This document shows positions 25,491 through 39,522 of a DNA stretch of 64,000 bases, one piece after another. The position numbers and the translations under genes were made by a program. Each line of letters begins with the position of its first letter. The stretch's first letter is position 1. Source of the DNA: Chiloscyllium plagiosum (Eukaryota); NCBI RefSeq assembly GCF_004010195.1, contig NC_057718.1, forward strand, positions 55,212,196-55,276,195, read 5' to 3'. The notes below the pieces were generated by a model. It was not told where the DNA came from, searched no databases, and saw only the letters and a list, made by a program, of their open reading frames with translations.

Positions 25491-25669
25491 TGTAGTGATT
25501 GAAATGAGGGCAGTAAGGTGGACCTTATATAATATGAGTTCCATGATTGGACTATTGTCAGAGGTTTTGTTTACTCTGAGAGCTGGCTGTGAAGAAGTAG
25601 ACCAGTGTCAAGCATTATGCATGAAGGGTGAGTTGGGGATGTGAGGTTCTGACTCTGTAGAGGATTTCA
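25491..25669 (+). repeat. Gypsy 3' LTR
   Basis: TG...CA ends, follows the PPT, shares aggtggacct, tgtcagaggtt and aagggtga.ttgg with the 5' LTR. Confidence 0.82.
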
Positions 25670-26169
25670 GGGGATACCTTCCAATACTGTTTTGAACATG
25701 TCTCCAAAGTTGTGATGACCTGCAGTTTCCTTGAACTTAACGCGATGTTTGCAATTAGGTCTTTTGACTTGGATTTTGGGAAGAGAAGAATATGAAGAAA
25801 GGTGGAAGCAGCTGAGATATAGCTGTTCTAAATTAGCTAGCCTGAGTAATTTATCATATTACAGTTCCTCTGAAATTTCATCTCCACGTCACCACTGTTC
25901 CATAGTTCCTTACCAGGACATGACAAAATATCAACAACAAGTTGATGTTATATTGCAGTTGCAATGTACAGATACATCCCAAGGCAATTCATATGAGTGA
26001 TTATCAAACTAAGCTTGACACCAAGCTGTGTGGTGGAACATTAGGTTAGATGGCCCAAAGTTTAATCAATATGTATTATAGCGTAGATTCCAGACCCCAA
26101 AGACACTGTGTATCTGTAAAACATTTCCATGACATCTTAACCTGTGGTCTAAAGGTAGAAATTTCATCT

Positions 26170-26780
26170 TCAATCACCCTGTCTTTTTCACAGACGGTGC
26201 AGTCAGTCAAGTATGTGTATGTGACATCACTAATCAGAGAATTTAGTCTTTTGAGTAAATCAAGAATAATGAAGGCAGTATATTAATCATGGATGACTTC
26301 AATCTTCATATAGACTGGGAAACTCAGAATGGAAAAGAAAGCCATGAGAGTGTATTTGGGACAGTTTTCTTGAACAATATGTTTACGATCCAAACAGGAA
26401 TCAGCATATTTCAAATGTGGTTATGTGTAATGAGGCAGGATTAATAAACTATGCCATAGTAAAAGATTCCCTCGGAAACAATATCCATAACATGGTAGAA
26501 TTCTAACATTCAGATGGGAAGGGAAGAACTTGGGTCAGAAAAAAACATGCTAAACTTAAATAAGGATAATTATGTGGGAATGAGCCAAAGTGAGCTACAA
26601 TGGACTGGGAAAGGGGTTTAGCAGAAAACACAATTAAGGAACAATAGCAGATATTTAAGAAATAGTTCATGGCTCATACCAAAGATGTATCCTAGTGAGA
26701 AAGAACAATTCTAGGAAGGGTAGAAGTCAGCCATGGTTAAATAGGGAGATTGTGGTTAGTATCAAATTGAAAGAGTTATC
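26170..26780 (+). mobile_element. Decayed CR1 endonuclease-region fragment
   Basis: atcatggatgacttcaatcttcatatagactggga (IM.DFNLHIDW) and cagccatggttaaatagggag (QPWLNRE). Confidence 0.65.
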
Positions 26781-27409
26781 AGAGCATTATTTTTGCCAAA
26801 GTCTTAAAATTAGATACATCATGAAAAAAATACCTGCCAGTACAGTTTCTAGCAGCAATACTTCAAACAATACACACACAACTGAGCTATTCACTTATGT
26901 TCACTCCCTGGTGCCTGTTCTAAAAGTTCCTTTGGTCTAGTATTCCTGCACAATGCTGTCTTTGCAGAACGTCATTTGGCAATTGGCTGTATTTCATCCA
27001 GGGATTTTAGGAGATGCAGGTAGCCTGAAAATTGGATTGAAACTGCAAAATGTGAGTGAAAGGCATGAAGCATGGCTAATTGAGTGAGTTAGAACATCTA
27101 AATGTTATGCATGAGCACTGATTGCTGAGTGATGAGCCTGTGATGTATTGAATAGCATTAGAGGTTGATGATATGGAGGATGGAAAATATCAATAGTAAA
27201 TACATTTACTGAGCTTGACCATTCATGTTATTTCAGGCGCAGACTCCTGAAATTCACCTTTCTAACCATCTTTGCCCAGAGGACCTCTGATCTCCTGCAG
27301 AAACGTGGCCTTTCCTCTCCTTTCAATCTCCTAAACTCTGGCCCCTAACACTCTGTCAGAAAATCTTTCAACTCGATCTGATATTAAAGAGTAATACAAT
27401 TTGGATAGG

Positions 27410-27745
27410 TTGACATAGTAGTAATGAGTTAGAAATCCAGACTCCAGCTTAATTCTCCAGGAACACTGGTTCAAAACCCACTATGGCAGCTGGTGAAATT
27501 TAAATTCAGTGAATAAGTCTACAGGAAAGTAGTAGTCTCAGTAATGATAACTACCAAACCATTGTTAATATCCTTTAGGGAAAGAAATCTGTTATCTTTA
27601 CCCAGTCTGACCTACATGTGACTCCAGACCCACAACATTATGGCTGACTTGTATCTGCTCTCTGAAATGGTATAACAAGCCAATCAGTTCAAGGGCAGTT
27701 AAGGATTGTAATGCCAGCCACATTCTCTGAAAGAATAAGAAAACA
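27410..27745 (+). mobile_element. SINE family B
   Basis: Box A/B-like head (tgacatagtagt; ggttcaaaaccc), core cctttagggaaagaaatctg...ctacatgtgactccagaccc, A-rich end. Confidence 0.72.
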
Positions 27746-29802
27746 TTGGAAACATATATCATGGAAAACTTTAAATTTAGTATAAAGTGTAGGTGAAAAC
27801 CTATTTAGAGGGCATGATTGACGTACCGTCATTGCCAGAAATGCTCCATTCATGAAAAAGTCACAAGTTATTACCTGTTAATTGCTACATGCTGATTATC
27901 TTGGGAAATTACTACCTCCTCCTCCTTAACATTCTCGGTTAATTGGCTAACTGGTTAATTTATCGTCAGTGAAATATAATTGATATGTAGATACTGTTAT
28001 GCCAAAGCTACAACATTTCTGCATAAGCACAATATTTTGTGGAAGATATATGAAGAAATATAATTCCCATGCATTAAAATAATTTTATAAAGAACATCCT
28101 GACTTGGATAATACAGCGGTGTAAAGCACACCTGTGTCAGTGATTTTCAGTACATTGAGTTGTAACTTTGGCTTGCACATGATGCAGTGTATCAGGGCTC
28201 CCACCTCTTACCTCCAAAACAAAATGGAAAGTGGGATGACCAATTATCCTCGTTTGTCCTTGTACACTCTGGTACCCAGCCAGAGAGCAGAAAAGGCCAA
28301 ATCTGGAACTCTAAAAGAGCAAACGGCATAAATCAAATAAATTTTCAAAAAAAGTTGTAAATTCTGTTTGATTGAAGTTTACTTTAAGTTATTTGTACTT
28401 ATCTTAATATATTACCTGCATCTTTCAGCAGTGATTATCTCTTCAAAATGCTAGCCAGTTGCATTACTTGAATCTCAATGTTATCAAAGTAGGAAATTGA
28501 AATTTGTAAAATTAGTATTTGAAAAAATTACAATCAGATACAGAAACAATCCTTTTTTTTCAAAAGGCAGGTTAGCTATGTTGTTTGACCAAGAAGTGAT
28601 TACTGTGAAGTGGTGAATGAAGCCAGCTTTATGCAGCCAATCATGAAACCTTTGGACCCAAGAGTAGTACTGACGTGTGAGTGAGGAATGCAATCACAAT
28701 GGAAAAAGTAAGATGTCACGCTTTCCAGGACCTTCTATTCTGCAGTACAATAAAAATATTTTCAACCAATAAGCCTCAGTATTGAATTCTATTTGAAAAA
28801 ATGTTTGCAGTGTCCATTAAGTGAAATTATTTTAAATCTGCCAGTGCATTTATATTAGTAATCTTGTACAGAAAATCAATAGAGGGAGCAACAATTTTAG
28901 AGTGTGGAGAGCAGGGGATTGGTTTCTTTCTGAACACAATGCCAAATGATGAGGCAACAAGTTTACAAAGCACAGAAAGCAGGAATGGCTTCATTCTATA
29001 CAGAGTACCAAGAATGGAGGCAGCATGTTTTAATAAGAGCACAGAGCTTGGGGAGATTAAGTTCAGAGCAGTCTTAAGAAGGTAAATGCACATTTGGGTT
29101 GCAGGGTAATTTTATAAAGTGGATTCAGATTGGCTCAGTTGTAGAAGTCAGAGGAGAATGATCAGTGAAGGTCACAATAAATGGCTGAACAAGCTCAATA
29201 AGCGAAATGACTCACTCCTGCTCCTATGTTCCTTCAAAGCAATTTTCTGACTTTCAAGTAGAAAGCACTCAAGTAACTTCACAATTAAGTTGAATTGTTT
29301 TTGGCATTTTTCTATTTTCCAAATTTTGAAGCTGCTGTTTGAGGTGTCTTGATATGACTCCAGAACCACAGCTATGTGGTCAACTCTTAAATGCCCTCTG
29401 AATTGGCCCAACAAGCTAATCAGTTGACTAACAGGTAGTTCTCCTATAATGTTCATTTATTAAAATTGATTTGACTGTAACACAACTAGTGAATTTCCAA
29501 CCATGCTTTTTTTATGAAGCAAATTCCTGTTTGCTGTTATGCAATTCTCATCCCTGGCACTGGCTGTCAAGGTGCGTGGAGGAATGACATCAGCATCAGA
29601 TGATCAGTAGACTCATGTACTTTCTCATGAAGAGTTTCTCATGAAAGATATTGTGAAATGTTCATTAGTGGACTTAGAAAAGTGTTGTGAAAATGTCTCT
29701 ACAGCCTGAGGACAAGACGCTGGGAGCTATCTGTTAATTTAAAAACTTAAGGAGTTGAGATACGAGTGAAATTTCACTGGAATTGTCTATCAGTAAAAGG
29801 AC

Positions 29803-30688
29803 ATCATTTATATAAATGATTTGGATATGAACATAGGAGGTATAGTTAATAAGTTTGCAGATGACACCAAAATTGGAGGTGCAGTGGACAGCGAAGAAGG
29901 TTACCTCAGATTACAACTGGACCTTGATCAGATGGGCCAATGGGCTGAGGAGTGGCAGATGGAGTTTAAATTGGATAAATGCGAGGTGCTACATTTTGGG
30001 AAAGTAAATCTTAGCAGGACTTATACACTTAATGATAAGGTCCTAGGGAGTGTTGCTGAACAAAGAGACCTTGGAGTGCAGGTTCATAGCTCCTTGAAAG
30101 TAGAGTCGCAGGTAGATAGAACAGTGAAGAAGGCGTTTGGTATACTTTTCTTTATTGGTCAGAGCTTTGAGTATAGGAGTTGGGAGGTCATGTTGCAGCT
30201 GTACAGGACACTACATTAGGCCACTTTTGGAATATTGTGTGCAATTCCGGTCTCCTTTCTATTGGAAGAATGTTGTGAAACTTAAAAGGGTTCAGCAAAG
30301 ATTTACAAGGTTTTTGCCAGGTTGGAGGATTTGAGCTATAGGGAGAGGCTGAATAGGCTAGGGCTGTTTTTCCTGGAGTGTCGGAGGCTGAGGGGAGATC
30401 CATAAAATCATCAAGGTAATGGAGAGATTAAATAGACAAAGTGTTTTCCCTGGGGTGGGCGAGTCCAGAACTAGAGGCATAGTTTAGGGTGAGCGGGGAA
30501 AGTTATAAAAGGGGCAACTTTTTCACGCAGAGGCTGATGCGTGTATGGAATGAGGCTGCCAGAGGAAGTGGTGGAGGCTGGTACAATTGTATTATTTAAA
30601 AGGCATTTGGATAGGTATGTGAATAGGAAGCGTTTAGAAGGGCATAGGACTAGATTAGGTTGGGATATCTGGTCGGCATGGACTGACT
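29803..30688 (+). mobile_element. 5'-truncated CR1/HER1 LINE
   Basis: ORF 29821..30219 (KFADDTKIGG...LQLDLDQMGQWAEEWQMEF). Confidence 0.92.
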
Positions 30689-31382
30689 ATTTTGTTTGTA
30701 TTTTCCTTTTCTTTAAGAAAAATGTATCGATGTTAAAGAATATCTGTAGATTCATGGGAATCTGTTTCAATGACTAATCACTATGGCAACCAACTGTAAA
30801 AGAAAATCCAGTATAGGGGTTTGGACATGGCCAGAACCAGGAAACTCTGCACATAGTGGGTTAGGAGGAGAAAGGTGGGTGGCACAGTATCACTTTTGGT
30901 GCATGTGTGGAGATGTCCTGAGGGGGGTGAGTAGGCTGTGCAGAAGAGATTCAGGGTTAGATGTTAGTGAGGATGAGTAAGAGTGGGGACGATGTTGGCA
31001 GGAAATGGTGGGTACAGCAGCAGAAATAATGAATGTGAGAAGCTGGTCCTTTCACTGGCAGAGTGGTGAATGTCATTGATATTCTTCTTACATTCCTCAG
31101 ATGTTTGAGACTGCACTAGCCTGGATGATAACCCTGGTCCAGGTTGGTGTGTTTCCTGTAGGTTGGCCTGGGAGAAAAGGATGTCCTGCCTCTGCATCAC
31201 CCCATCCCCATCAGCAGCATCTCCATGTTCCTGCCCACAATGAGAGGTACCAGTTTTCCATTGTCCTGTCTAGAGCCAATGTCAGAGACCATGCAGGGCA
31301 ACTCTGGACCGACCGCTCTTGGTCTGGGTGCATAAGGTCTTAAAGATAATGCTGCTTCATGGATGTTGGTCAATTCTGGGAT

Positions 31383-31925
31383 AAAGTGAAGACTGCAGAT
31401 GCTGGAGATCAGAGTCGAAGAGTGTGGCACTAGAAAGGCATAACTGGTCAGGCAACATCCGAGGAGCAAAAGATTTGAAGTTTCGAGCATAAGCTCTTTA
31501 TCAGGAACATCAGGGTGGCCCAAAAGGGCTGAGAGATAAGTGGGAGGGGAATGGGGCTGAGGGGAAGGTAGCTGGGATTGCGATAGGTAGATGAAAGTAG
31601 GGGGTGATGCTGATAGTTTGGAAAGGAGGGTGGAGTGGATAGATGGGAAGGAAGATGGACAGGCAGGACAGTTCAGGAGGGCATTGCCGAGTTGGAAGGT
31701 TGAATCTGGTATATGATGGAGGGAGGGGATATGAGGAAACTGATGAAATCCACATTGATGTCTTGTGGTTGGAGGGTCCCAAGATGGAAGATGAGGTGTT
31801 CTTCCTTCAGGCGTTGGGTGACTAGAGTTTGGTGAGGATAAGGCCCAGGAATTGCATGTCCTTGGCGGAATGGGAGGGGGAGTTAAAGTGTTCGGCCACA
31901 GGGCGGTGGGGTTGTTTAGTGCATT
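31383..31925 (-). mobile_element. Penelope-like element (family P1): GIY-YIG C-terminus and terminal repeat
   Basis: Minus strand reads PVAEHFNSPSHSAKDMQFLGL (PLE endonuclease C-terminal region), continuing into the P1 terminus. This ties the short P1 repeats to a PLE. Confidence 0.82.
31471..31508 (-). ncRNA. Hammerhead-like motif variant (P1)
   Basis: Minus strand CTGATAAagagc-ttat-gctcGAAAcTTC; stem II has a compensatory pair change relative to gggc/gccc copies; core mutated. Confidence 0.45.
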
Positions 31926-33509
31926 TAAACTAATGAGGCTGGAATCGCATTATAGCCAATACATGCTTTCAAACTTCATGCTTTAGAAACGGTGTCCTCA
32001 ATTCGTCAATTGCATTATAGCGAATCCGCCCTAACGGAACGTGCATTATGACAGAACGATATGTATCCTATATTTTGTTCGTTGGCCAATGGAGAGCTGA
32101 AAGAAGAAACTTTGAAGCAGGCCCATTTGGAGTTGGTCTTCAGAAGCAGGTCTTCAATCCTGGTAGACACCTTGATGATGGACACCTTGGGTTGGTCTGT
32201 CAATCCTGCTGTTTGGATCTCCATGATTTAACATTAGCACTGCTGGTGAGATCCTTGAGAGGTTCCGATGTGGTGTTTATAGATAGTCCAAATTCTGCTA
32301 CGCAGAGGAGGGTGGTTAAACAGCAGCCTTCTAGACCTGACCTTTGTTGACGTTATTGCAGCTTGATGAAGGTAACACTGGTAGAGTGAACCAGCTTTGT
32401 TTCAAAGTGGCTGTAGGTTTTAAATCCTTAAATTAAAAGTGAAAATGACTTAAGGAAATAATGATTTTGATTGATACTGTTATCCACAATTTCATTTTTA
32501 AAGTCATTATAACTAGACCTGCCTCAGGATTGCCCCCAACTTGCTGCCTACGATGTCACATTTCATGGCGCAACAGTCTGTTGAATACTGACTGAAGCCT
32601 CCTTGAAAGCTCATCTTAATTCCTGGCAGTTTATACCTCTACCTTGTTGACTGTTACTTACCCCCAATAGTGAGCAACACCTGTGAAGTGAAAATGGGAT
32701 AACCCAAATTAAGGGGTGTGTTTTCTTATGAATAGGAATATTTAGCTACACAAAATTTACAAGAATGTTAAAAATAACCAATTGACATGTAATTCACAAT
32801 GACCAGAAACTGCTGCTCATTGTGATCCGACAGAAAGCTGTACAATAAAAAATAGTCTAAACCCAGCTTATTCATACTGGGTAAAGGTTTTAATTAAGTT
32901 CTCTCTGGTTTCTCTGCTCAATGATGGTTTGGTCTATAATGCTCTTTTAGATGTCCCTGATCTATGTTCTCACCTTCATCTCAGAAGATTAATGTCAGTC
33001 CCCTATTTCTTGTGCCAGCAAGATAACCAGTGACACCTGGAATGCACTTGTTGGGTCAGAATTGAGAGATGCTGCACAAGTCCCCCAGCTTTATGTAATA
33101 GCCTAATGGCTTGTTAATCCAAGGTAACTGAGATTTTTATGGCCTCCAGGATGAGATGGCCACCCGTTCCTTCTGAGCACGTCCTCCTCCAATGGACAGC
33201 ACAGTTTGCTGATGATGGCTTACGACATCCGTAATCTGCGCTTGCAGTGTGTTTCTGAGAGCTCAAGAAAATGACAGTGAAAAATGTAGATTTGTGACTT
33301 GTCATTCTCCTCGACTTCCTTGATAGATCTTCACTTGTTGCTTCTCCCTCTGGAGGCTATGCAACCCCTCCTGGAAGTTGCAGGTTTTGTTGACAAAGGA
33401 ATTTCTCTCTCCTCCAATGTTGTTTCCCTGTGAAGCAAGGAATCCGCGAGTGGAGTGTTCTTATCAGATGTGTGAACTCATGATCGATGATGAATGAATC
33501 AAGTGGAAT

Positions 33510-36500
33510 GCCAATAATGTAGTACAGCTAATGTGGTTCTACTTTTCAAGGGGGTTGGTAGGGATAATCCAGGGAATTACAGATCAATTAGAGTCTCACA
33601 ATAGTGGCAGGAAAACTGTTGAAGAAAATTCTGAAGGAGAGAATTAATTTCCACTTGGAGAGGCAAGGTTTGATTGGGATAGTCAGCATAGCTTTGTCAG
33701 AGGGAGATCATGTCAAATAAACTTGAATTTTTCAAGGAGGTGATCAGTGTATAGATGAGGCTAATACAGCTAATACCATTTGTATGGTTTTCAGCAAGGC
33801 CTTTGACATGGTCCCACAATGGAGCCTAATGAAGAAGATAAAAGCACATGGGATCCAGCGTAACTTGACAAGATGGATCCAAAATTGGCTGAATGGCAGA
33901 AGACACAGTGATGGTAGAAGGCTATTTGTGTGACTGGAATTGAATATTCAGTGGCATACGATAAGGATCTGAGCTGCACAATACAGATGAAAATGTGGAG
34001 CAACGATAAGTAAATTTGTGGATGGCACAAAGTTTACCCACAGTTAATAGTGAGGAAGAAGGTCTTGGATTACTGGAAGATTAGAAGAGTTGGTCAGATG
34101 GACAAATTAGTGGCAGATGGAATTTACCTGATAAATGTGAGGTGATGCACTTTGGAAGAAGTAGTAAGATAAAGAGGTTCTCAATGATTGGCAGGGCACT
34201 AGGAAATGCAAAGGACCTGAGGGATGAAGATGCTTGACTACACATTGCTGAAGGTGGCAGGACAGGTTAATTGCCTGGTTACGAAGGCGTACACGACATT
34301 TGCTATTATCAGTTGTGGTTCAGGTTATAAGACCAGAGAGTTTTAACTTGAGAGAGTGCAACAAGGATTTTCAAGGATGTTGCCATGACTGGAGAGTTTG
34401 AGTTAAAGGGAGAGGCTAAATGGCTGGGGCTTTTTTTCCCCAGGAGTGTTGGACACTGAGGGGTGACCTTGTAGAGGTTTACAAAATCACGAAGGGCATG
34501 GTTAGGATGAATAGCCAAGGACGATTTCTTATAGTTGGGGAGTCCAAAACTAGAGGATACAGGTTTAAGGTGAGAGGGGAAAGATTTAAAAAGGACCTGA
34601 GGGGTAACTTCTTCACACAAAGGCTGGTACATGCATGGAATAAACTGCAACAGGAAGTGGTGGAGGCTGGTACAATTACAACATGTAAAAGGCATCTGGA
34701 TGGTTATATGAATATGAAGGGCTTAGAAGGATATGGGCCGAATGCTGGCCCTGAGGGATAGGATTTACATGTATTTGGAAAGGCAAGGAATGATTGAGGA
34801 TAGTCAATGTGGCTTTGTGCATCAGAAATCATGTCTCACTAGCTTCATTGAGTGCAGAGCAGAGGATATGGTCTTTATGGACTTCAATAACGTGTTCACC
34901 AAGGTTCCTCGTGGTAGACTGGTTAGCAAGATTAGATCACATGGAATACAGAGAGAACTAGCTATTTGGATACGGAACTGGCTCGAAGGTAGAAGACAGA
35001 GGGTGGTGATGGAGGGTTGCTTTTCAGACTGGTGACCTGTGACTAACGATGTGCCACAAGGATCCATTGCTTTTTGTCATTTATATAAATGATTTGGATG
35101 TGAACATAGGGAACATATGATTAGTAAAATTGCAGATGACACCAAAATTGGAGGTATAGTGGACAGTGAAGAAGGTTACCTCAGAATACAACAAATCTTA
35201 ATCAGATGGGCCAATAAGTGCGGAGCTGCAGTTGGAGTTTTATTTAGATAAATGTGAGGTGTTGCATTTTGGAAAGACAAGTCAGAGTAGAACTTATACA
35301 CTTAATGGTAAGGTCCTGGGAAGTGTTGATGAAAAAAGATATCTTGGAATGCAAGTTCATAGTTCCTTGAAAGTGGAGTCGCAGGTGAATAGGATAGTGA
35401 AGAAGGCATTTGGTAAGGTTTCCTTTATTGATCAGAGCATTGAGTAGAGGAGTTGAGAGGTATTGTTGCGGCTGTACAGGAAATTGGTTTGGACACTATT
35501 GGAATACTGTGTTCACATCTGGTCTCCCTGCTATAGGAAGGAAGTTGTGAAACTTGACATGGTTCAGAAAAGCTTTATAAGGATGTTGCCAAGGTTGGAG
35601 GGTTTGAGCTATAGGGAGAGGCTGAATAGCCTGGGCTATTTTCCCTGGAACTTCGGAGGCTAAGAAAGGACATGGATAGAGTGAATAGTTGAGGTCTTTT
35701 CCCTGGGTTGAGGAGTCAAATGGTAGAGGACATAGGTTCAAGGTGAGAGGGAAAAGACTTAAAAGGGACCCAAGGGGCAACTTTTTTCACACAGAGGGTG
35801 GTACGTGTACAGAATGAGCTACCAGAGGAAGTGGTGGAGGCTGGTACAATTACAATATTTAAAAGGCAATTGGATGGGTAAATGAATAAGGAGGAATTAG
35901 ATGGATATGGGCTCAATGCTGGCAAATGGGACTAGATTATTTTAGGATATCAGGTCAGCATGGACGAGTTGGACCGAAGGGTCTGTTTCCTTGCTGTACA
36001 TCTCTATGACATCTGTGACTCTAAATGGGACTAGGCCAGATCGGAATGTCTGGTCAACGTGGACGAGTTGGACTGAAGGATCTGTTTCTCTGCTGTATGA
36101 CTCTATAACTTATGTTGACGCTATATAAAACTTTGGTTAAGCTGCAGCTGGAGCACCGTGCATAGTTTTGGTCATCTATAGGGAGAATGTGACTACAATG
36201 GAGGATGTGCATAGGTGATTTTTAAGGTCATAGCATTTTAATTGTGAAGAAGGGTTGTGAAACTGGAAAGGCCCGGGTTGTTTTCTTTAGAACCGAGGAA
36301 GCTGAGGGGGGACCTGATTGTCGTTTGTAAGATTAAGCTGCATTGACAGGCTGAATATGAAGCAGCTGTACCTTTTGGTTGAAGGGTCAATAAAAGGGGG
36401 CCTAATTTTAATTTGAGTGCAAAGGGCTTGGAGGAAAAATGTTTTCATCTAGAGTGTTGGAATCAGGAATAGCCTTGCACTTTTTAAAGTGTAATAACAT

Positions 36501-36595
36501 TCAAGAATATGGGCTATACCTGGAAAGTGGAATTACTGTACTTAGGATAGGTTGGTGCAGATTGGAAGAGCCTCTTCTGTGCTATATGACTACAT
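33510..36595 (+). mobile_element. Nested CR1 cluster: older CR1 (33510-34330, 36110-36595) interrupted by HER1-like copies (34370-36110)
   Basis: RT motifs DF..AFD.VP, KIADDTK, MEFYLDKCEVLHFG, NFFTQRLVHAWNKL; duplicated HER1 tails at 35930-36110. Confidence 0.88.
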
Positions 36596-37555
36596 GAATG
36601 TTAGAAAGAGAACAGCATTTCAATAACTGAGTCTTCACATCAGTCACAATGAACTATCACTGTGTAATGGAGGCTTCACATGGAGGGCAATGGCATGGAT
36701 TGATAAAGAGCGCTGAGTTATGTGACCATATCCAGATATGTGTTTAGAGCCAAAAGCTTCACACTATATTGGGGAATGAAATTCTGGCAAACAAACTCAG
36801 CAAAATAGCTCTCCATTTCAAAAATTGTCATCCTTAAACGGTCTGTGTACTTGCAAACACGTTGTTCAGTGTGCAAAATGGCAGCTCTAAACTTGTGACT
36901 TCTAATATCAGGTATGAAATCTGATTTTAAAATAACAAACCCAGGTGAGACCTTTCAATTTAGCATCTGATTAGATTTGCTTATCTGACATGACATTTGA
37001 TGCAAATTGTAGTGATTGCTTGGGGCCTTAATGTTTAATCTTGGAAAAAGAATGATCAATCAATCACAATTTGATGCCAGATTGGTGCCATTCCTGAATT
37101 AGTGGAGGCATGATTAACGTAGATGCCTCTGTCAGAGACTCCAATTCAAAGAATAACGCTGCACTCCCGAAAAATAAGCCAGGAACTTAAACATGTCTCA
37201 TTATTATGCACTTGATTTTGGGTCAAAGATGGCACGCATGTCCTCGTAGTGATTTGCAGGCTCCACCTGAGACACTGCATGATGCCCTCCATCCTTCATT
37301 GTCCCTTTGGTGTTGCTGTCCTTGTGTTCCAGTATCTCTTCACCCGTTTTGTTTATCCCCTTTGCATAACCATTAATGTCCCCAATTTATTCCAGAGCCC
37401 ATGGCTTTGTGAATTGTTTTGTCCTTGTTGGTTGCACTCTCCTCATGTAATATCAAAGTGATCATGACATGTGAAAACTTACTCTACTGGAGGTTCATGC
37501 ACCTTTTGTGCTTTGAGATACCACCTTTCTATCTTGAATTTCCCTCTTTCATATA

Positions 37556-38246
37556 CAGAGGAAACCCGATTATCCAAACGAGATGGGCAGGCACTATTTC
37601 GTTCAGTTAATCGATTAAATGCCTTTCCTCTGGGGCTCAGAGTTTTTTCAGTCTGCTCCCTGTTCAGCATATGAGGCAGCAGTACACCGCGTGCAAGCCC
37701 TTGCTGCCAACCCCGTCCAACACCACCCCACATCTGCCCCCAACCCCGTCCAACACCACCCCCACAAGCCCCCAATATTGCCCCCTCCGCCTCTCTCCCC
37801 CCTGTGTGCTCCCCCCACCATCCATGCCCCCTTTCCAGGGCAGCCTGACTGGAAACCAACAAGACTACTGCCGCTGCTACTGCCTTTTGGGTGGTGAGTC
37901 TCCAAATAGCACACGCACAGTCTCTCACACCCAAAACTTTTTACTGCAACTTTTTGACAGGTTCTACTTTTGCCCTGTACAAGACAATATTGGAGAGATT
38001 ATCTGGGGAAGGGGGGTTTAGGGTAAACCTCTCTGTAGAACTCCAGGGAAAGTGTAGGGAGAGAGAGAGAGAGGGAGGGAGGGCGGGAGGTCAGTCATTT
38101 GGAGACGGTGTCTGTTAATCACTAAACAAAAGACACGGTCAGTGTTGGAAACGCATCTTTGATGTAATGTTTCTATTGGGACCTCGAGATCTCCTTCGCA
38201 TAATCCGATATTCGGATAATTGATATTCGGATAATCGAGGTTCCTC
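37556..38246. mobile_element. Tigger/pogo-like (Tc1-mariner) non-autonomous DNA element
   Basis: ta|cagaggaaacccgattatcc ... ggataatcgaggttcctc terminal inverted repeats with TA on the left; second copy at 44803. Confidence 0.75.
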
Positions 38247-38393
38247 GATCATCATCTGCTGGCAATTCGATGCAGTGGATGCCATCTCCAGATTTGAGCT
38301 TCTTAGGTTCCCCAGGACTCCATGCTCTGGATCCTGATAAAACCCCTAATTTTTAATTTCAAATTCTCACAGTTTGGTACATTGCTTGACTGA

Positions 38394-38590
38394 GTCAAAA
38401 AGTGTGGCCTTAGAAAAGTATAGCAGGTCAGGCAGCAACCGAGAAGCAGAAGAGTTGAAGTTTCGGACATAAGCCCCTCAGCAGGAATTCCTGCTCCTCA
38501 GATGATTCCTGACCCGCTTTTTTTTTTCGAGTGCCACACTTTTTGAAACTGATCTCCAGCATCTGCAGTCCTCACTTTCTCGTGGTCTCC
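38394..38590. mobile_element. Penelope-like inverted fragment (P1)
   Basis: Opposed P1 arms; flanking acattgcttgactga (38379-38393) and acattgctggactga (38591-38605). Confidence 0.78.
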
Positions 38591-39224
38591 ACATTGCTGG
38601 ACTGACTTGGTAGGAATACACTGACTGACAAAATCCAGCCTCCTGAACTTTGTCTCTACAGTACCCCAGCTGACCAAACTGTAATCACTGGTTGCAACTG
38701 ACCTACAAAACTGACAGTAGCAACCCCTCTGTATTGGAATTGAATCTTGAAAAAGTTGGTAACATCCACTGACAGACTGATTGTAATCTTCCTTGACCAC
38801 ACTAAAGACTGCTCCCTTCTGATTCAGGCATGTCCATTTATAGGAAGCACATTTTCCACTTTAGCTGCTCGTATGTGCTGTAGGTGTAGCATTTACATAG
38901 CACAGTGCCCTACAGCAATATGTCCATCCCCTTTCCGGTTCAGTAACTCTGAAACATGACAAGCTGTGCCCACCTCTCTCTCTGCATTAAAAAGCAATGC
39001 AAGCCCCAGAAACTAGCAGTTTCCACGTCAGTGCAAAGTGAATACACCATCAAAAGTTAAGCGAAGAGCCATAAAATGTATCCTTCATAGATGTGCGAGA
39101 TGCATGTGGGTCCCTGCGCACAACAGGAACTTGTGAAATCATGTAAGTTATGAGTGTCACTGAGTTCCAAAGTGAAGTCCTGAAGAGGTCTGTCTTCATT
39201 CCTGCGATGTGCATGCACTAGCTA

Positions 39225-39522
39225 GGAAATCATTTGTTTCCTGTCCCTAATTGCCCTAGGGCAGTTTGTCATCTACATTGTTGTGGGCTATATGTCGTCC
39301 AGCTCAGGAGAGGATGGCAGATTTCCTTCTCTGAAGGACACAAGTGAAGCAGATAGGCTTTTATGGTGATCCGCACAGTTACATGGTTGTCATTGGCTAG
39401 AGTTTTATTTAAATTAAATTTTCACTTCCTGCTATGGTGGGATTTGAACTCGTGAGCCAAGAGCATTAACTTGAGATTTTGCATTATTAGTTCAGTGACA
39501 TTACCACTATGCTACTGCCTCT
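39225..39522 (-). mobile_element. SINE family B
   Basis: Minus-strand box A tagcatagtggt and box B gagttcaaatccc; core gatggcagatttccttc on the + strand. Confidence 0.68.

Larger units (their letters stand above)
21453..25669 (+). mobile_element. Degenerate Ty3/Gypsy LTR retrotransposon with both LTRs
   Basis: PBS tggcgac at 21955; gag start MLLFGKLDSFDPAIEDW (22038); protease MEVDTDA (22257); RT KLDMSHAYLQL...YQYTRLPFGVSS...YLNDVLITG (23731-23950); integrase remnants 24440-24970; PPT aagggggaggaa 25479-25490; gggg on both flanks. Domain order PR-RT-IN fits Gypsy. Confidence 0.9.

Noticed and set aside
30800..33500. Moderately GC-rich stretches with short ORFs (30800-31370, 32000-32400, 33020-33500)
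   Set aside because: Possibly old transposon remnants, but I could not identify any motif; left unannotated.
37479..38021. GC-rich overlapping ORFs or CpG-island promoter
   Set aside because: Interior of the MITE; repeated at 44803-45349.
38190..38246. Short spaced repeats (ttcggataat) as a CRISPR-like array
   Set aside because: Subterminal repeats of the DNA transposon; eukaryotic context, no spacers or cas genes.
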